Below, piece by piece: positions 1 through 13,229 of a stretch of DNA of 64,000 nt. The notes below the pieces were generated by a model. That model was not told the origin of the DNA and ran no database searches. It saw only the letters and a program-made list of their open reading frames with translations. How positions within the stretch are numbered: the stretch's first letter is position 1; each line of letters opens with the position of its first letter. Source of the stretch: Paramecium tetraurelia (Eukaryota); NCBI GenBank assembly GCA_000165425.1, contig CT868085.1, positions 372,001-436,000 of the forward strand, in the 5' to 3' direction. The position numbers and the translations under genes were made by a program.

Positions 1-292
1 AGAATAGCCCTATCAAAACATACACTAGACTGAATAACATTTTAACTAGCCAGAACAATAATAGTAAGTGATTTCTCTTTCTTCATAAAAGAAACCCTTA
101 AAATTATCTTTAAAAAAATAGAATGTATCATCATAAGTGAATTCAGTAAAAAAAGAACTTACTGTGCGTTTTAATGATGATGTTTAATATCAAGATGTAC
201 AGAAGCCTATTTAAGAAGAAAATTTCGATGATTTATTTGAATAATTAGAAGCTGCATATAAAGCCAAAGAAGAGAAAAAAATTGTAAATTGA
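1..292 (+). CDS. 3' end of a hypothetical protein gene (partial)
   Basis: Code-6 frame ending ...EQLEAAYKAKEEKKIVN-TGA (290-292); probable 28-nt intron at 64-91. Confidence 0.55.
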
Positions 293-524
293 GAGAATAG
301 TATTTTGATAGTAATTCTATTGTTTTTTTGTATATTTATCATATATCCTATTTTGTATTATTTTCATTTTATTAATTTGAAAAGTAATTAAAATAAATGT
401 GAATCAAAGTAATTGTATATTAAACATATTTCTATAATATTAAAGATCATATTTGTGTTAATAATAAACTATAATAATAATAATAGATGCACAATTTTCT
501 AAATTTTGTTATAATATTTTATTT

Positions 525-1381
525 ATGATAAAATAACTATTTAAATTGAGAGTATTTACTTTTTGCCAAGAAGCAAACTTTGGTTTTAAAAAAGTCAAAC
601 TTGAAGAAAAATAAGAACATGTCAATTAAGTATTTCACAATGTTGCAAATAAGTATTTATTTATTTGTAAATAGTTACGATTTGATGAATGATTTGATGA
701 GTGGTGGATTGCATAGATGTTGGAAGAATTCGTTTGTTGAAGAATTAGGATCATTAAAAAATGGAGATTCCTCTATTCGAGTACTAGATGTTGCTGGAGG
801 TACAGGTGATATTGCATTCCGTATACTTGAGAAACATAAAGGAAATAATTTGTTTAATGAAAATCTAAAAATAACAGTTTTAGATATAAATTAATCCATG
901 TTGGATGTAGGATAAAAAAGAGCAAATCAATTAGGATTTTAAAATTGTAATATAGTTTTTTGAAACATTAGAAATTGAATTTGTATGTGCAAATGCAGAA
1001 GAATTGCCATTTGAATCAAATACTTTTGATGCTTATACAATAGCCTTTGGAATTAGAAATGTTCCTAGAATTCCTAAAGCAATCGGTGAAGCTCACAGAG
1101 TGTTGAAATAAGGAGGAAAATTCTAATGTTTAGAATTCAGTAAGGTTCAGAATCCAGTTTTATCTTTTTTGAATTAATTTTATTAATTCAATTTAATTCC
1201 AGCTATGGGATAAATAGTGGCCAATGATAGACATTCATATTAATATTTAGTAGAGAGCATAGAAAAGTTCCATAGTCAATAAGATTTATTAAAAATAATA
1301 GAAGATGTTGGCTTTAGATTTGCAGGTTTTAAAAATTATATGGATGGGGTTGTGGCTGTACATTTTGGATTTAAGTTATGA
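525..1381 (+). CDS. COQ5: COQ5/UbiE ubiquinone biosynthesis C-methyltransferase
   Basis: Motifs [47 protein letters not shown] and CLEFS. Introns 653-674 (22 nt) and 947-971 (25 nt) give 270 codons. Confidence 0.95.
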
Positions 1382-1434
1382 TGTTAATTTATTAAGTTAA
1401 TTTAATTGCAAATTTCAGGTAAAATACTATATTG

Positions 1435-2198
1435 TCATTGTTATTATTTATTATGATATTAATGGAACCACTTTAAAATTTAAATTTCTTTCATAGCTTA
1501 CTCACTGATTTCAATGATCATCTCCTTCTCATTATAATCAGTCGCATCATATTTTTTGATACAATAATCAAAATATTGTTTGGGCATCTTGTTATCTAAG
1601 GTGTATAATTATTACATTAATTAATATAATAAATTAAACAATAAATAAATGGATTAAAATCACTATAATCTTCTTAATAAAAACACGACTTTGAGTTTTT
1701 CTTTTTATCATTTTTTGGCATAACTTTAAATTTATTTGGTTTAGGCTAGTAAATTCCCTATTGTAAATTACATTACTAATACTTTAAATATTTTGAAGTA
1801 GAGTATCACATTAATCAATGCAATTTTAAATATCTTGAATTGGGGATAGGTTATGTTTTTGAATAAAAAATGCTTAAACATAATTTGATCAGCCATAGTT
1901 TCTAATACTATAGATTGAAGTTTCAGTATGTTCTTCATTCTAGTTGATAATTTATTGAATTGAACTTTAATTACAATCTTTTTATTTGAAAGATGCTATC
2001 CTCAATTTTGGAAAGTAGTTTTATCACTGCGTTTCATGCCTATGTTCGTCTTGCTGTTGAAACAGTTAAATATATAATACATCTCTCATTCTAATTAATT
2101 TTTTATTGCTTATTCTATATTGCTATGATAATTCATTCTTATTCATTATTTTAGACTACATTTCCGCTATTTACTTTAAGCCTGATTTATGAGTTCAT
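1435..2198 (-). pseudogene. Hypothetical gene with unresolved or degenerate 5' structure
   Basis: Clean 3' exon (NKMPKQYFDYCIKKYDATDYNEKEMIIEISEQAMKEIQILKWFHQYHNKQQQ-TGA) and intron-like segments, but TGAs occur in all frames near 2000-2140. Confidence 0.35.
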
Positions 2199-2791
2199 TT
2201 TTTTTAAAGAATAACTTTATTGTATTTCAATTTAAATTCTGTTTAAATGGATCTTGAAATTGAACAACCTATATTATTTTTTGCTTGAAAATATGCACTT
2301 TAATATTTATCTATTCATAAAATATATAATTTAATTCAAATAATAAAAACTAGAAAAGAATCATCAAAACATTAGCAAATAATATACAAAAAATGCTCGT
2401 TTTTTCATTTTATATGTTCACTATTTTCCTTCTAAACAAAAAATATAGAAATATACTGGTGGTTAATTTTGTAATGATACTAAAGAATAAATTAAAGAAC
2501 ATTAATTTTTATATGATAATTAAAATAATGAAATAAATTCAAATTAATTGGTATATATAATAAAGGAAGTTGAATTCATCAAAAATTAAATAAAGCTCAG
2601 TTGCATTCTAATCTCAAAAAAAATTTTACATGTGATTGCATATTTACATAAAAATAATTTATATAATTATTGGAAAAGTTTTAGGCTTGAGTTGAGTTAA
2701 AAAGTAGCACAACAATTAAAAAATTATGTGTTCTAAATAATTGAATACAATAAATTATTATATTTAGCGCTCTTTAATATTCAAATTGTAA

Positions 2792-3388
2792 TCATTCTTC
2801 TTGTTTGATTTAGTGATTTATTGATTTTTCTAAAATTTTTTATTTCTTTTAAGGACAATACACTTAAGTATTGTACCTGAAATATAAATCGAGCTCTGCT
2901 TTATGCTAAGAGATAAAGGGCTTTACCCATTTATAATTACCAAAGAACAATTTAATTATTTTTCTAGCTATTCTAGATTTTTTAAGTTTCAATAGGGCAT
3001 TCCGATTAAATCCTTGACTTGAGATCTTCATAAATTATTTTATATAGCTATCACTCATTACTTTCGCATCATCTTAAAATTATTCAACGATGAATTTTAA
3101 GATCTTTTAACCCATATTTTTGTAATAATTCTTGGTCTAGCCTGGGAAAATATGAATTTTTTTGTTATAATCAGTATCATTCTCCTTATTTTTCTGTTCC
3201 TTTTTTTCTAATTTTAATTAATTATCGCATTCATCTTCAATTTTTCCTTATGATTGCTCTCCTTCCTCTTGCTTTACATCTAACTTTTATTCAACTTTAT
3301 TATTGAAGAAAGGATACAGAAAATGACAAGGAAACTACTTAAAATTGAATAGTAACGCAATGCTTTAATTGTAATATGTAGGCATCAT
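2792..3388 (-). CDS. Ciliate-specific hypothetical protein (198 aa)
   Basis: Uninterrupted code-6 ORF: MMPTYYNQ...IFPGQTKNYYKNMGQKILKFI...QIKQEE-TGA. Confidence 0.8.
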
Positions 3389-3499
3389 TTAATTTTAAAA
3401 AATTAAGTTAGTTCCCAAATCTAATTTAATATAAGTGATAACAAAAGCAACTAATGGATAACTTTCTTCGCTTTTATTTGAAAATATCTGAACTAAACC

Positions 3500-5780
3500 T
3501 CAAAGGAAATTTTAATATAAATTTAGTTAATTTGCCTCATTTTATTAGATAATCTTTGGCTATCTTCAATAAATATCCTTTATTAGTTTATTAGAAATAT
3601 CAAAATTTCCAATTGGGAGCCTATCATTTTGAAATTCATAGATATAAATATTATTAACAAAATAGTTTTAAATTTTCATAATTCAAAAATGATCATAAGA
3701 TTATATTCTATAGAGCTTTTCAAGGAAGTATAATTGCCTACACTTCCCCACTCTAACTTTTCGAGTCTCAAACCGTTATTAAATCCTCTTCCATCACTTG
3801 AATCGAATTTTCACTTAATTTGAAAAAAGCTCTCCATTTGTAATAAAAAATCCAATATATTTTGATAAACTATTTTTATTGGCATAACCTAAAGAAATTT
3901 TCTTTTTTATTGTCAATGGTATAAGAATTAAAATATTTTCATGCTCGTAATCATAATCTATAACTAAAATTTAAACTCAATGCTCTTTTTGTTCTTGTTT
4001 TACAAAAAGTAATATTCTAGATGTTTTGTACTGCATTTTTATCTTTATATTTAAGAAATATATAAATGGTATTAGTTTAATTACTCTTCAATTTATCATA
4101 TAGCCCAACTGAAAAGCTAAGAATTTATATTTTAAAATATAAAATAAAATATTCAGAAATAATATAAATTTTAATTATGCGATAAAATAAAGTAAAAAAG
4201 GAATAAATTAAGAATGGAGGATTGACATGGTCAATAATAAGTATATATCATTCTAGATTATAACTTAAACAACCACATTGAATGGAGGAGAACTATCAAT
4301 GTGTACAGAAAAATTGCATATTTTTGTTACAAAAGATCTTTTAAAATAAATTGCTGTTGTAATAAGCCAGCCATTCTTTTAATTGACTTCAAACCAGCTC
4401 TATAGATTCATTAGGAAATATAACAGGGAAAAATGGACAATAACCTTTATTCAAAAATTAAATTTCAATACATTTTAATAAATTGGACTATTCTATTCAA
4501 TGTTTTAATAATGGTGTAAAGTAAGTAAGTATTTTTGTTTATTCACGATTACATTTTATGTTCTATAAGCTTTTTTAATTATTCAATAATTTCTAATCTA
4601 TCCCAGATCAAGATCTAACTCAATTTTGTGTGTTAAATTGTGATATTTAATTTTTTATAACGACTTAATTTTCATCAAGCTCTGTTGAGTGAATACTTAA
4701 GCAACCTACCTTAACTATTCAACCTTCTTCTCTTAACTTTCAAATATTTTAAATTCAATAAACAAACAAGGTTGAGGAACCTCATTAATTATTATATTAT
4801 TAAGAAGAAGATGTATTCAATGAAAGTCTTGATTAATGAACTTATTTCTACTCAATTAAAGCTTGACCGAAACGACTATTAGTTCAATGCAATTTATTTA
4901 TAGACTATAAGTGGTTAAAATAAATGATTACAGAGGATTTAGATTCTCTCTCTTTTTATAAATTGCATTGTTGTCTAAAAAATGGCAATCATCATTTTCT
5001 AATCTATTATGATGCAGTAAATTCAAAACTTAAAAATTCTGAAATCAAAAATTAATCAACACAATCTATCACTCATTTAAAGGCCAGAAAACTGTCTCCA
5101 CCTCATCCATTATCATATAAATCTTTTTAAAATGTTCAGGTATGATAAACAATAGTATTGATCTAGCAACGTATTTTAAGAAAGATTTAATTAACTCTTT
5201 ATTAATTCTATATACGTTATTAAAAACATTTAAGCCATTTGTCTTGTTAAAAAATGGTAAATTTCCAATATAGAAAGTTATTATGGTAATATATTAGTTT
5301 TTCTTAATGATCTAATTATTATATGAAAAATATATATTACTAATATGCCAATACAAAATAAGCATGGATAAACATATTCATAAGCAAATTAAATTGATGA
5401 ATAGAAATATATTATTTCACTGTATTATGATTATATTTCCGAGAAATTCGGTAATTAGCAATAATGTTAAATATCTTTTTCATGATCTTAATTGTTAACC
5501 TCGAAATAGTTATTAATTGTAAAATATTACAGAGAATAATTAAGACTTTTATCCTTAGTTTCAGATTCAAAGTGGTTCCTATGGATCATAATTAATTCAT
5601 ATAAATTATGAAATGTAATATCGAAAATAGGACCTCCAAGGCCTAAGAGATAAATTGGCAATCAGTTAAAATAAAAAGCTGCTGGTTAGAATAATGATCG
5701 TATTCCATATAGCATAGCATCTCCTCTTGTCTAAACGTATTTTGGGCTCTGATGACTTAAAATCTTGAATTTGTTTCATT
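3500..5780. pseudogene. Degenerate coding-like sequence (possible gene remnants)
   Basis: Coding-like stretches on both strands are repeatedly broken by TGA and frame changes that short introns do not explain. Confidence 0.3.
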
Positions 5781-6043
5781 TAAAGATTTGTTGTTTCCTA
5801 ATTTAGAATAATTAATACATTCTGGCACTAAATTATTAGAATTAAATCATTTAAAAATCTATAATTTAAAAAAGAATAGGAAGATTACACACTACTTTAT
5901 TATTATGTCTAAATAAATTTATTTACAACGTTAGGATAAGAGAACTATAATAGTCATAATTAGAGATTTATAATATTATGATATTCACTAATATTGAGAA
6001 TTTAAGAATATTTTAATTAAGTTACATATTATTTGAGCATGCT

Positions 6044-7829
6044 TCAATCATAATAATCCCATACGTTCTCTTCCAGCCATTCCTCATACTTTGAAATAAA
6101 ATCATGATCTATAGGTTGATTTTATAACTTCTCAAGATAATCATTCTATTTATAGTTAGGCTCAGCATCGTTATAAACGGGAATTGAATCAATTGTATTG
6201 TTATAATGGTAATTATTATGATCGAGATGCAACTTTCTAAGCTCCTAATTATATAAACAAAGCATACTTCTTAAGATTAAGTTATATCACAATTGTATAT
6301 TTTATCTTAGCATTTTTCAAATTTATAGAGAGAATCTAGTAGTTAATCTTGCTTTGATATATTTTTATTTTCATTCTTAGTGTTCTATTTGTATTTACAA
6401 TAGACTTCTGATATTAATTTCATTGTGTTTCCAAGTTTCAAGTTTTTCTTATTAAAGTTAAGAATTTAAATCTTTAATAATAAATGACTATATTTTTTTA
6501 TTTTCTTATTTTCTGGAAACATTCCTGGAAATTTTTTTATAGCTAACTAAAATTTAACAATTCCATTACATATTCTTTATAATCGATAAGGTAATTGTTG
6601 ATTTTATCTGAAAAATTATTACAAGTAATATAAATTAGCTTCACCAAATTACTTACACATTATTCTAATATTTATTATGTATTTAACTGATCATAATCAA
6701 TTTTTGTAGATGAAATTGATTAAGGATTAAATTTTTCAAAAAACTTTAAGAATACTAACACTCCATTTGCATCTGTTATTAATTAAATTAAGTATGAGCA
6801 TTGTACTTTACAATTATTTCTCAATTGTTTCAAAAATAGCAATAAGAATTCAGTTATTGCATAATTCAACACAATTCTATGTCTATCAAATTCATCAATC
6901 ACCTCGTTTTTTTAAGTTCTTAAATCTTATTATTAATTGGATTATTCTTTATATTTAGAATAATCAGCACTAGCTAATTTACTATCATTTAAATCTAAAA
7001 ATAAAACTACTATATTTACAATATTCTTCCCATTCTCGATGAATATCAACTCCTTGTTAATTGTTAGATACAGATCCTGCTGTTTTGACTAAACCTCTAA
7101 GTAACCCAACAACAATTATCTATCCCATTTAATTTTCATCTTAACTTAAAATTAATCTTCTCTTTGAATATTTATTATTTTTACATAGAATTATTCTGTA
7201 CTCGATGCATTTTTCATAAAGAATTTAGAAGGTTATTTTATTGCTTTTTAATATTCTGACATCTTTAACCAATATTACCCATCAGAAGGCTATTCTTCAT
7301 TTAATTCAATTTATAATAGGACCAAAAATATTATCATTACTTTCTTTAGAGGAATATAAATAATTTTGAGTGAAAATTTGATTAGTTTAAGTAAAAGGTT
7401 CTCAATCACTCACATACATATATATTGATGATTACCTCTGTAACAATTATTTTTCGATTAAATAATTATCAATGTTAAAGTAGCTAAAATCCAGTTCAAT
7501 ACTAATGCTAATTATGAAGGGTATTGATCTTATCTATCTTCATAATTTTGAATAATTTCCATTATTAATTTCAAATCTTCTATTATTTTTGGAATATAAA
7601 TTTCACTTTGGATAATCGCTTTATGATTTATAGCAATCAACATCTTATCATTTATTGCTAAATATGATTTCATAAATGATAAATATATTTTTGACAATTA
7701 ATTTAAATCTTTCTTCCTACCAACTTCCATTAAATCAAGAGTTTAATCCAAATCCATTGGGGCTTCTACTTTTTAAAAGTAAAATAATTCAATTTAACTA
7801 AAGAGCATACCTAGATTTTAAGCTATCAT
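6044..7829 (-). CDS. STRIP1/Far11/FAM40-family (STRIPAK) protein
   Basis: IPLKKVMIIFL; DEFDRHRIVLNYAITEFLLLFLKQLRNN...LITDANGVLVFLKFF; C-terminal FISKYEEWLEENVW. These match STRIP/Far11 blocks. Five introns of 23-27 nt give 555 codons. Confidence 0.8.
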
Positions 7830-8199
7830 TTAATATATCTGATTTTTGAAAATTATATAATAATTATGCACTTTTATATTAAAAATTTAAGTATTCACAG
7901 ATTATTCGTAATGATAATTAGATATTAATAGTAGTTGTATATCATCCTTCTACAAAGTTAAGAATATATCATCTCACTAATTTAAAAATTTCCTTGTTAT
8001 TTATTATTGTTGTTTTCTCTTGGATTTGAGGATGGTTTAAATTGAAGTTCATAGATAGTATCAAGAATTTTCAAAAACTTTTTTGAAAATTCAAAAAAGC
8101 ATTTTCTTGAGTTAAAATTTTTATAAATAATACATAATATATTTTAATAAAGCATTCAAAAATTATGTATTTCATTCTTAAATCCTTTATTAATATTTT

Positions 8200-8754
8200 A
8201 TGAAACAGAATATAATGTCAAATAAAGTACAGTTTATCGAATAAAACTATACCGAAGGATTATTGTAGGTTCCGGAACATCTCATAGGACAAGTCTCCAA
8301 AATCTTATAGGATTAATTTGGATTTACAATTGAAGAAAGAGTTAGATAGCAAACTCCATAATAACAAAAAGTATTGAGATAATAATTAAACTTAATTGTA
8401 TAAATATTATTGTGTAGCTTCAAGAGATATTGCATACTTAATTAATAAACAACTATTAAATAACAAATAGAAAATATTTAATTGAAAAAACAATTTTCTA
8501 AAAAGTTCTGCCTATTTGATCTACATTAATTGTTATATGAAAATTAATTTAGCTAAGAATTTAGAGATGAATTTGAAAATTACTTATGTAATGGTTCAGC
8601 TGAAAAAGATCTAAAAGAATCAAGATAGATTACACAAGATTTAAAAAAAGAACTAAAAAAACTAATCAGTTAATTATTACTCGAAGTCTTAAAAGGCAAC
8701 CCAATTACAAGTTTATTGAAACATCGTTTGAATATAAAAAAGTTTAGCAATTGA
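8200..8754 (+). CDS. Ciliate-specific hypothetical protein (184 aa)
   Basis: Uninterrupted code-6 ORF of 185 codons: MKQNIMSNKVQFIEQ...IKKFSN-TGA. Confidence 0.75.
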
Positions 8755-8908
8755 TATAATATAATATTAAATATGTAATTTCCCCGCATAACATTCATAA
8801 TGAAATATACTACTTTATTTAGACATACTTTTATGTACCCTCTTTACAATTTAAAACATGTTTTTGATATTCTAAAATTTGTATAGAATTACATCTAATA
8901 ATTTTATT

Positions 8909-10685
8909 ATGGGCAATTTTTGGTAAAGATGTTACCACGAAGATAATGACGAATAAACAGAAAATAAAGATCCAATTATTGATTCAAACCCTTTATATAT
9001 TGACTCAAAACCTTTATAGATTGATTCATAACCTAAAGTAGGTCTTATACAATAACATAATTTTGAAGAGATTCAAGATGTTATGATAAATCCCAATCCT
9101 ATACAGAGATAATTTTAACTAGACTGTATATTTGAGGAATTAATACAAATTTGCAGTTTATAATTTGATTTAAACAAATTATAACCACAGACGTGCCAGA
9201 ATCCAAAGTTTTGAATGGAAGGGNNNNNNNNNNNNNNNNNNNNNNNNNNNNNNNNNNNNNNNNNNNNNNNNNNNNNNNNNNNNNNNNNNNNNNNNNNNNN
9301 NNNNNNNNNNNNNNNNNNNNNNNNNNNNNNNNNNNNNNNNNNNNNNNNNNNNNNNNNNNNNNNNNNNNNNNNNNNNNNNNNNNNNNNNNNNNNNNTACAG
9401 AAGGAATAAGCCTCAGTTGCATACTTACGCAGAAGCCATTAAAGCTAACATAACAAATGAATTGATTCCTTTATTTAAATCAATAACAAGTATTAAATTT
9501 GAAAATAAAAAATTGGAGAAATTATTTCAAGCTATACAAATTATTTATTTTATTTGCGATTTTTTTTTGGGGATTTTGTAAAAGTTTCTTAAGGAAATGT
9601 GTTATCGTGATAATATCAAGATCTACAATCTACTTTATTATCAATTTTACAAGCTGATACTAAATTTGAATTATGAAAATGAATAGAACTACAATTCTTT
9701 GCCTTAGTTTAAAGGATAATAATATTAATTTTCATTTTTGGGATATGCTATGAGATTCTGGCGCTAAATTGTATTTGCTTCTATTGTAGATGGGAAGCCA
9801 AATAAACTTGGCAGGCTATTATTAGACAGTTTTAGGAATGTAGAAGAGAAAGATATGGAAATCGAGATTTATAAATATATTATAGGAGCCATAGATTTAT
9901 GTTCAAATGAATATACAATTCATTGGATAGGCCATAGTAAAAATTTTTAGATTGAGAAATTTATAATTGATATCTCTAATAATGAGTTGAATACAATAGA
10001 TTTAAAGAATAATGCTTTTAATTAGTATCTATTGTAAGTGAATGAACAACTAGCTCAATTTGTTTCATATTATCCAACATGGATTTATGAAATTTATTAT
10101 ATCCAATATTCTCTAGATTTGAAGTTAAAAAAGTTAATGTCAGAAATAAAGGAAACTTATAAATTTGGCAATGAATCTCAAGAGAAGGGTTTAATAACAT
10201 CATATTCTGAATTAACTACTGGATTTGGTATCTTTTCGGAAGATGATATCAATGATTAATGGAGAAGAATGGATCTATTGATAGAATTAGATGCAATGGT
10301 ATCCATAAAACCCTCTTATCAAAAACCCAATGTTACAGAGGAGAATAAACCATACAAAGATATTTCCATAAAATTTTCTTCTTAATTAAAACCAATCAAT
10401 GAAAAAGTTAAATCAATTGATAAGCAATATTATTAAGATCTTAATGAACTTAGATAATAATATTGGAAGAATTTACGCAATATTAGAAAAAGAAATTATA
10501 TATTGGAATAAAGATTCCGAAACAGAGAAATTGATTAAAATGGAACCCCTTACTAATACAATAAGCGATAAGAAGTGAAAAACGAAAATTTAAAAAATTT
10601 TGTGTAGTCTTTGAAATAAATTGAAGATTATAGATAAATCAAAGAAAAGTTTCTTTAGCAGGTTGATTTACAATTAAAAATATGA
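8909..10685 (+). CDS. Hypothetical helical protein spanning the assembly gap
   Basis: Starts MGNFWQRC. An open frame after the gap runs 9396-10685 (FSFLGYAMRFWRQIVF, GAIDLCSNEYTIHWIG). There is an in-frame TGA just before the gap edge. Confidence 0.65.
9224..9395. other. Assembly gap (172 N)
   Basis: Run of N characters. Confidence 1.
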
Positions 10686-10719
10686 CAATAAATTTATTAT
10701 CAATTTTTATAAATCACCA

Positions 10720-12607
10720 GTAATGATAAATTAATAACAAAGTTAATTCATAGAAATCAAATAGAGACCATTTTCTAATATTTTTCACATAATCTTCTTT
10801 CAATTAGTTAGAGATAAAAATTATAAATTCCACCTCAAAATCATTCATTAGTGTGAAAGAAATATCAATACAAAGTTATTCCTAGTAATTTATAAGATTT
10901 AAGTACTTTCTTCACAATTTCATAAGTGTGTCTAAACATTTCATAAAATTAGGAACAACAATTTAATAAAATTTATTTCTCATGATGCATCAATTGATAG
11001 TGTTTTATATATTAACATATATGAAATATTTTTCTTATTATTAAACATACAATCATTTACACATACTTTCAGATATTATAGAGTTTTCTGATTTTCTCCG
11101 TTTAATCTAAGATAAATCTAGAATCATTACAATTTTTATTTTGCATAATTATTTTATCATAATTATTCCAAACATATTATCTAATTTAATAATCTCTATA
11201 TGCTATAGCCCCATTAAATCCAAAAATTAAACATAACTCCTTACTAAAAAAGCTACTCTTGAATTTTATAAGGTTGGTGTCATAATAAAATACCAATATT
11301 GGCAGCAAGGAATGTTCTTAGAGCGAAAAATCTGTAATTCTAAAAGTTGATTCTATTCAATCGATTTTTTTTCGGAGTACTTAAATAGTTACATCAGAAG
11401 CCTTTTTCTCTATGTTATATCATTTTTTATAATTAGAAAAAGATGTATAAAGTATTCATTCTTAAGAATATATTTGGTTAATATTATTTCTTAAATATTT
11501 ATAAAAATAAGTTCTCAATTTAGGTCCTAATTATGTTTCCATAATTTCATAAGATCTCCTTTCAATTTTTAATTTATCTTGATTAATAAATAGATGTTTC
11601 TTTTTCAAAATCGTCACTATTGTCTAGAACTATCTTGTTTAATGATTATTGCATCATCTTTAATCAAAGTTGCATATTTAGGTTGAAGTAGTGAGAATTC
11701 TCTCATTGAACTTTGTCGGAATTTAGATTGCTGACTAATTCTTGTATAAATCTATTTATTTATTTCTTTCTATGAATAGAAAATTGTGTTTTTTGATATC
11801 AATGTTACCTTAATAACAGATTCTCTGTTTCCCTTCTAATTTGCGCTTCAATTGATTCATGAATTGCATTTTCAATGGTCTTATAATTTTCTCTTATTGC
11901 TAAATATCTTTCAATAATTGTACTCCTCCATAAGTAAATCTACTTCATACTAAATAAATTCAACTACAGTTGAAATTCCTCTAAGTTGGCTGAGATGCCA
12001 CTTTCTTAGAACTGTTGAAAATATTTTTCTAGACTAATACCATTAAGAATTGTTTTATTTTCACTTTAATTCTTTGTCATAGTCTTAATTTATAATTACT
12101 TTAATATATTTCATATTGAATTTCTGGATATCAAATTTTTCTGTTCCTCTTCTGGTGCAAAACGCTATATATATTGAAAACTCTATTCTAACTGTATTCT
12201 AATTAATCATCAAATGAACTTACAATAGAAATTAGACCCTTCATAATCATCTGAATTGAATTTAGAATTTCTTATTCATAATTAAATTAAGAACATCCTC
12301 CATCAACAATTCATTTACACCTTCCTCTATTTTTTCTCAACTGAATAAGCAAAGATTTTCATTATTCATTAAAGGATAAATTAAACCAAAGTTAGGAAAC
12401 CAAAATTGATATTAAATTGTAAATATTATAAATATCTTAAAGTATAAACACTAAGGTTTTAGTTAAATTGTATTTTAAATTAATTCTGAGAATTGACTGT
12501 TTGACTGCTAAACTAAAAGAGGGATCTAAAATAAACTGATTAAATGCGTTATCAGATTAGTATTAATTGATCTTTAAATTAATGATAACTGATCTAATTT
12601 TTTGCAT
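10720..12607 (-). pseudogene. Frameshifted or degenerate gene remnant
   Basis: Protein-like segments (RGISTVVEFIQYEVDLLMEEYNY; ENYKTIENAIHESIEAQIRRETENLL) lie in different frames, separated by TGAs. Confidence 0.4.
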
Positions 12608-12884
12608 TAAAAGTTCAACTCAATTATGATTTATGTAATTCTAAATATATTGAAAATCTACTTATCAAATTTCTCCTTGATATGAATAAAAAAAGGTATG
12701 AAACTCAATCAATATTATATAGATAACAAATTACTAAAAATGTCATGGCTTTAAATTTATAATTCATTTGTTTATAGGTATGAAGTAGTTCAAGTACATC
12801 ATAATAAATTTAGACAATATAAAGTATGATAATTCCTGCTAAATTTTCATCTAAAATAATGAAAAATTTATATATTTTTAATTA

Positions 12885-13170
12885 ATGTCTTCACTCAATT
12901 AATAGAGATAATATTAGTAGTAATAAAAATAAGAAACTTAAAAGCGTTTGGAATAGTACATTTGTGCTGTTAAAGTAAAATAGAGATTAATGGTTTTAGG
13001 ATTTATAAAGCGAGATTAAGGTTTATTATGGAATGTTAGAAAGAAACGAAGAACCCACTTCTGAGAGATTTAAATAGACTGCCTTCAAATTTTTAAGGCT
13101 TGAAAAGGAAATGAATAATTAAATTGAGGACATAGTTTCCAAAATAATTAGCTAGAAAGCAAGGAAATGA
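12885..13170 (+). CDS. Small coiled-coil hypothetical protein (~86 aa)
   Basis: MSSLNQQRQYQQQQKQETQKRLEQYICAVK, a 25-nt intron (gtaaaatagagattaatggttttag), then DLQSEIKVYYG...IISQKARK-TGA. Confidence 0.7.
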
Positions 13171-13229
13171 ATTTTAGTGTGTTTATTTTAATAATAAGAA
13201 TTTGATTAAATTTTTACAAATTTTAAGCT

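Noticed and set aside
2293..2808. Open + strand frame of about 170 codons
   Set aside because: With TGA as the only stop, such frames arise by chance; it has no motif and overlaps the end of the minus-strand gene.
3500..4036. TGA readthrough or selenoprotein in a frame with several in-frame TGAs
   Set aside because: No recognisable protein family or SECIS, and all clear genes use TGA as stop; decay is the simpler explanation.
9396..9403. TACAG at the gap edge resembling an IES end (TAYAGYNR)
   Set aside because: Imperfect match, no partner end, and the coding frame continues uninterrupted.
9099..9453. ORF-track ORFs full of X
   Set aside because: Artefacts of translating the N gap.
1460..12650. 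Apparent degraded tandem duplicate of DNA-PKcs (short matches such as atcgataaggtaattg near 6582 versus attgataaggtaattg near 20317)
   Set aside because: The matches are short and AT-rich, and the best one lies inside an intact minus-strand STRIP/Far11 gene, so chance similarity explains them.
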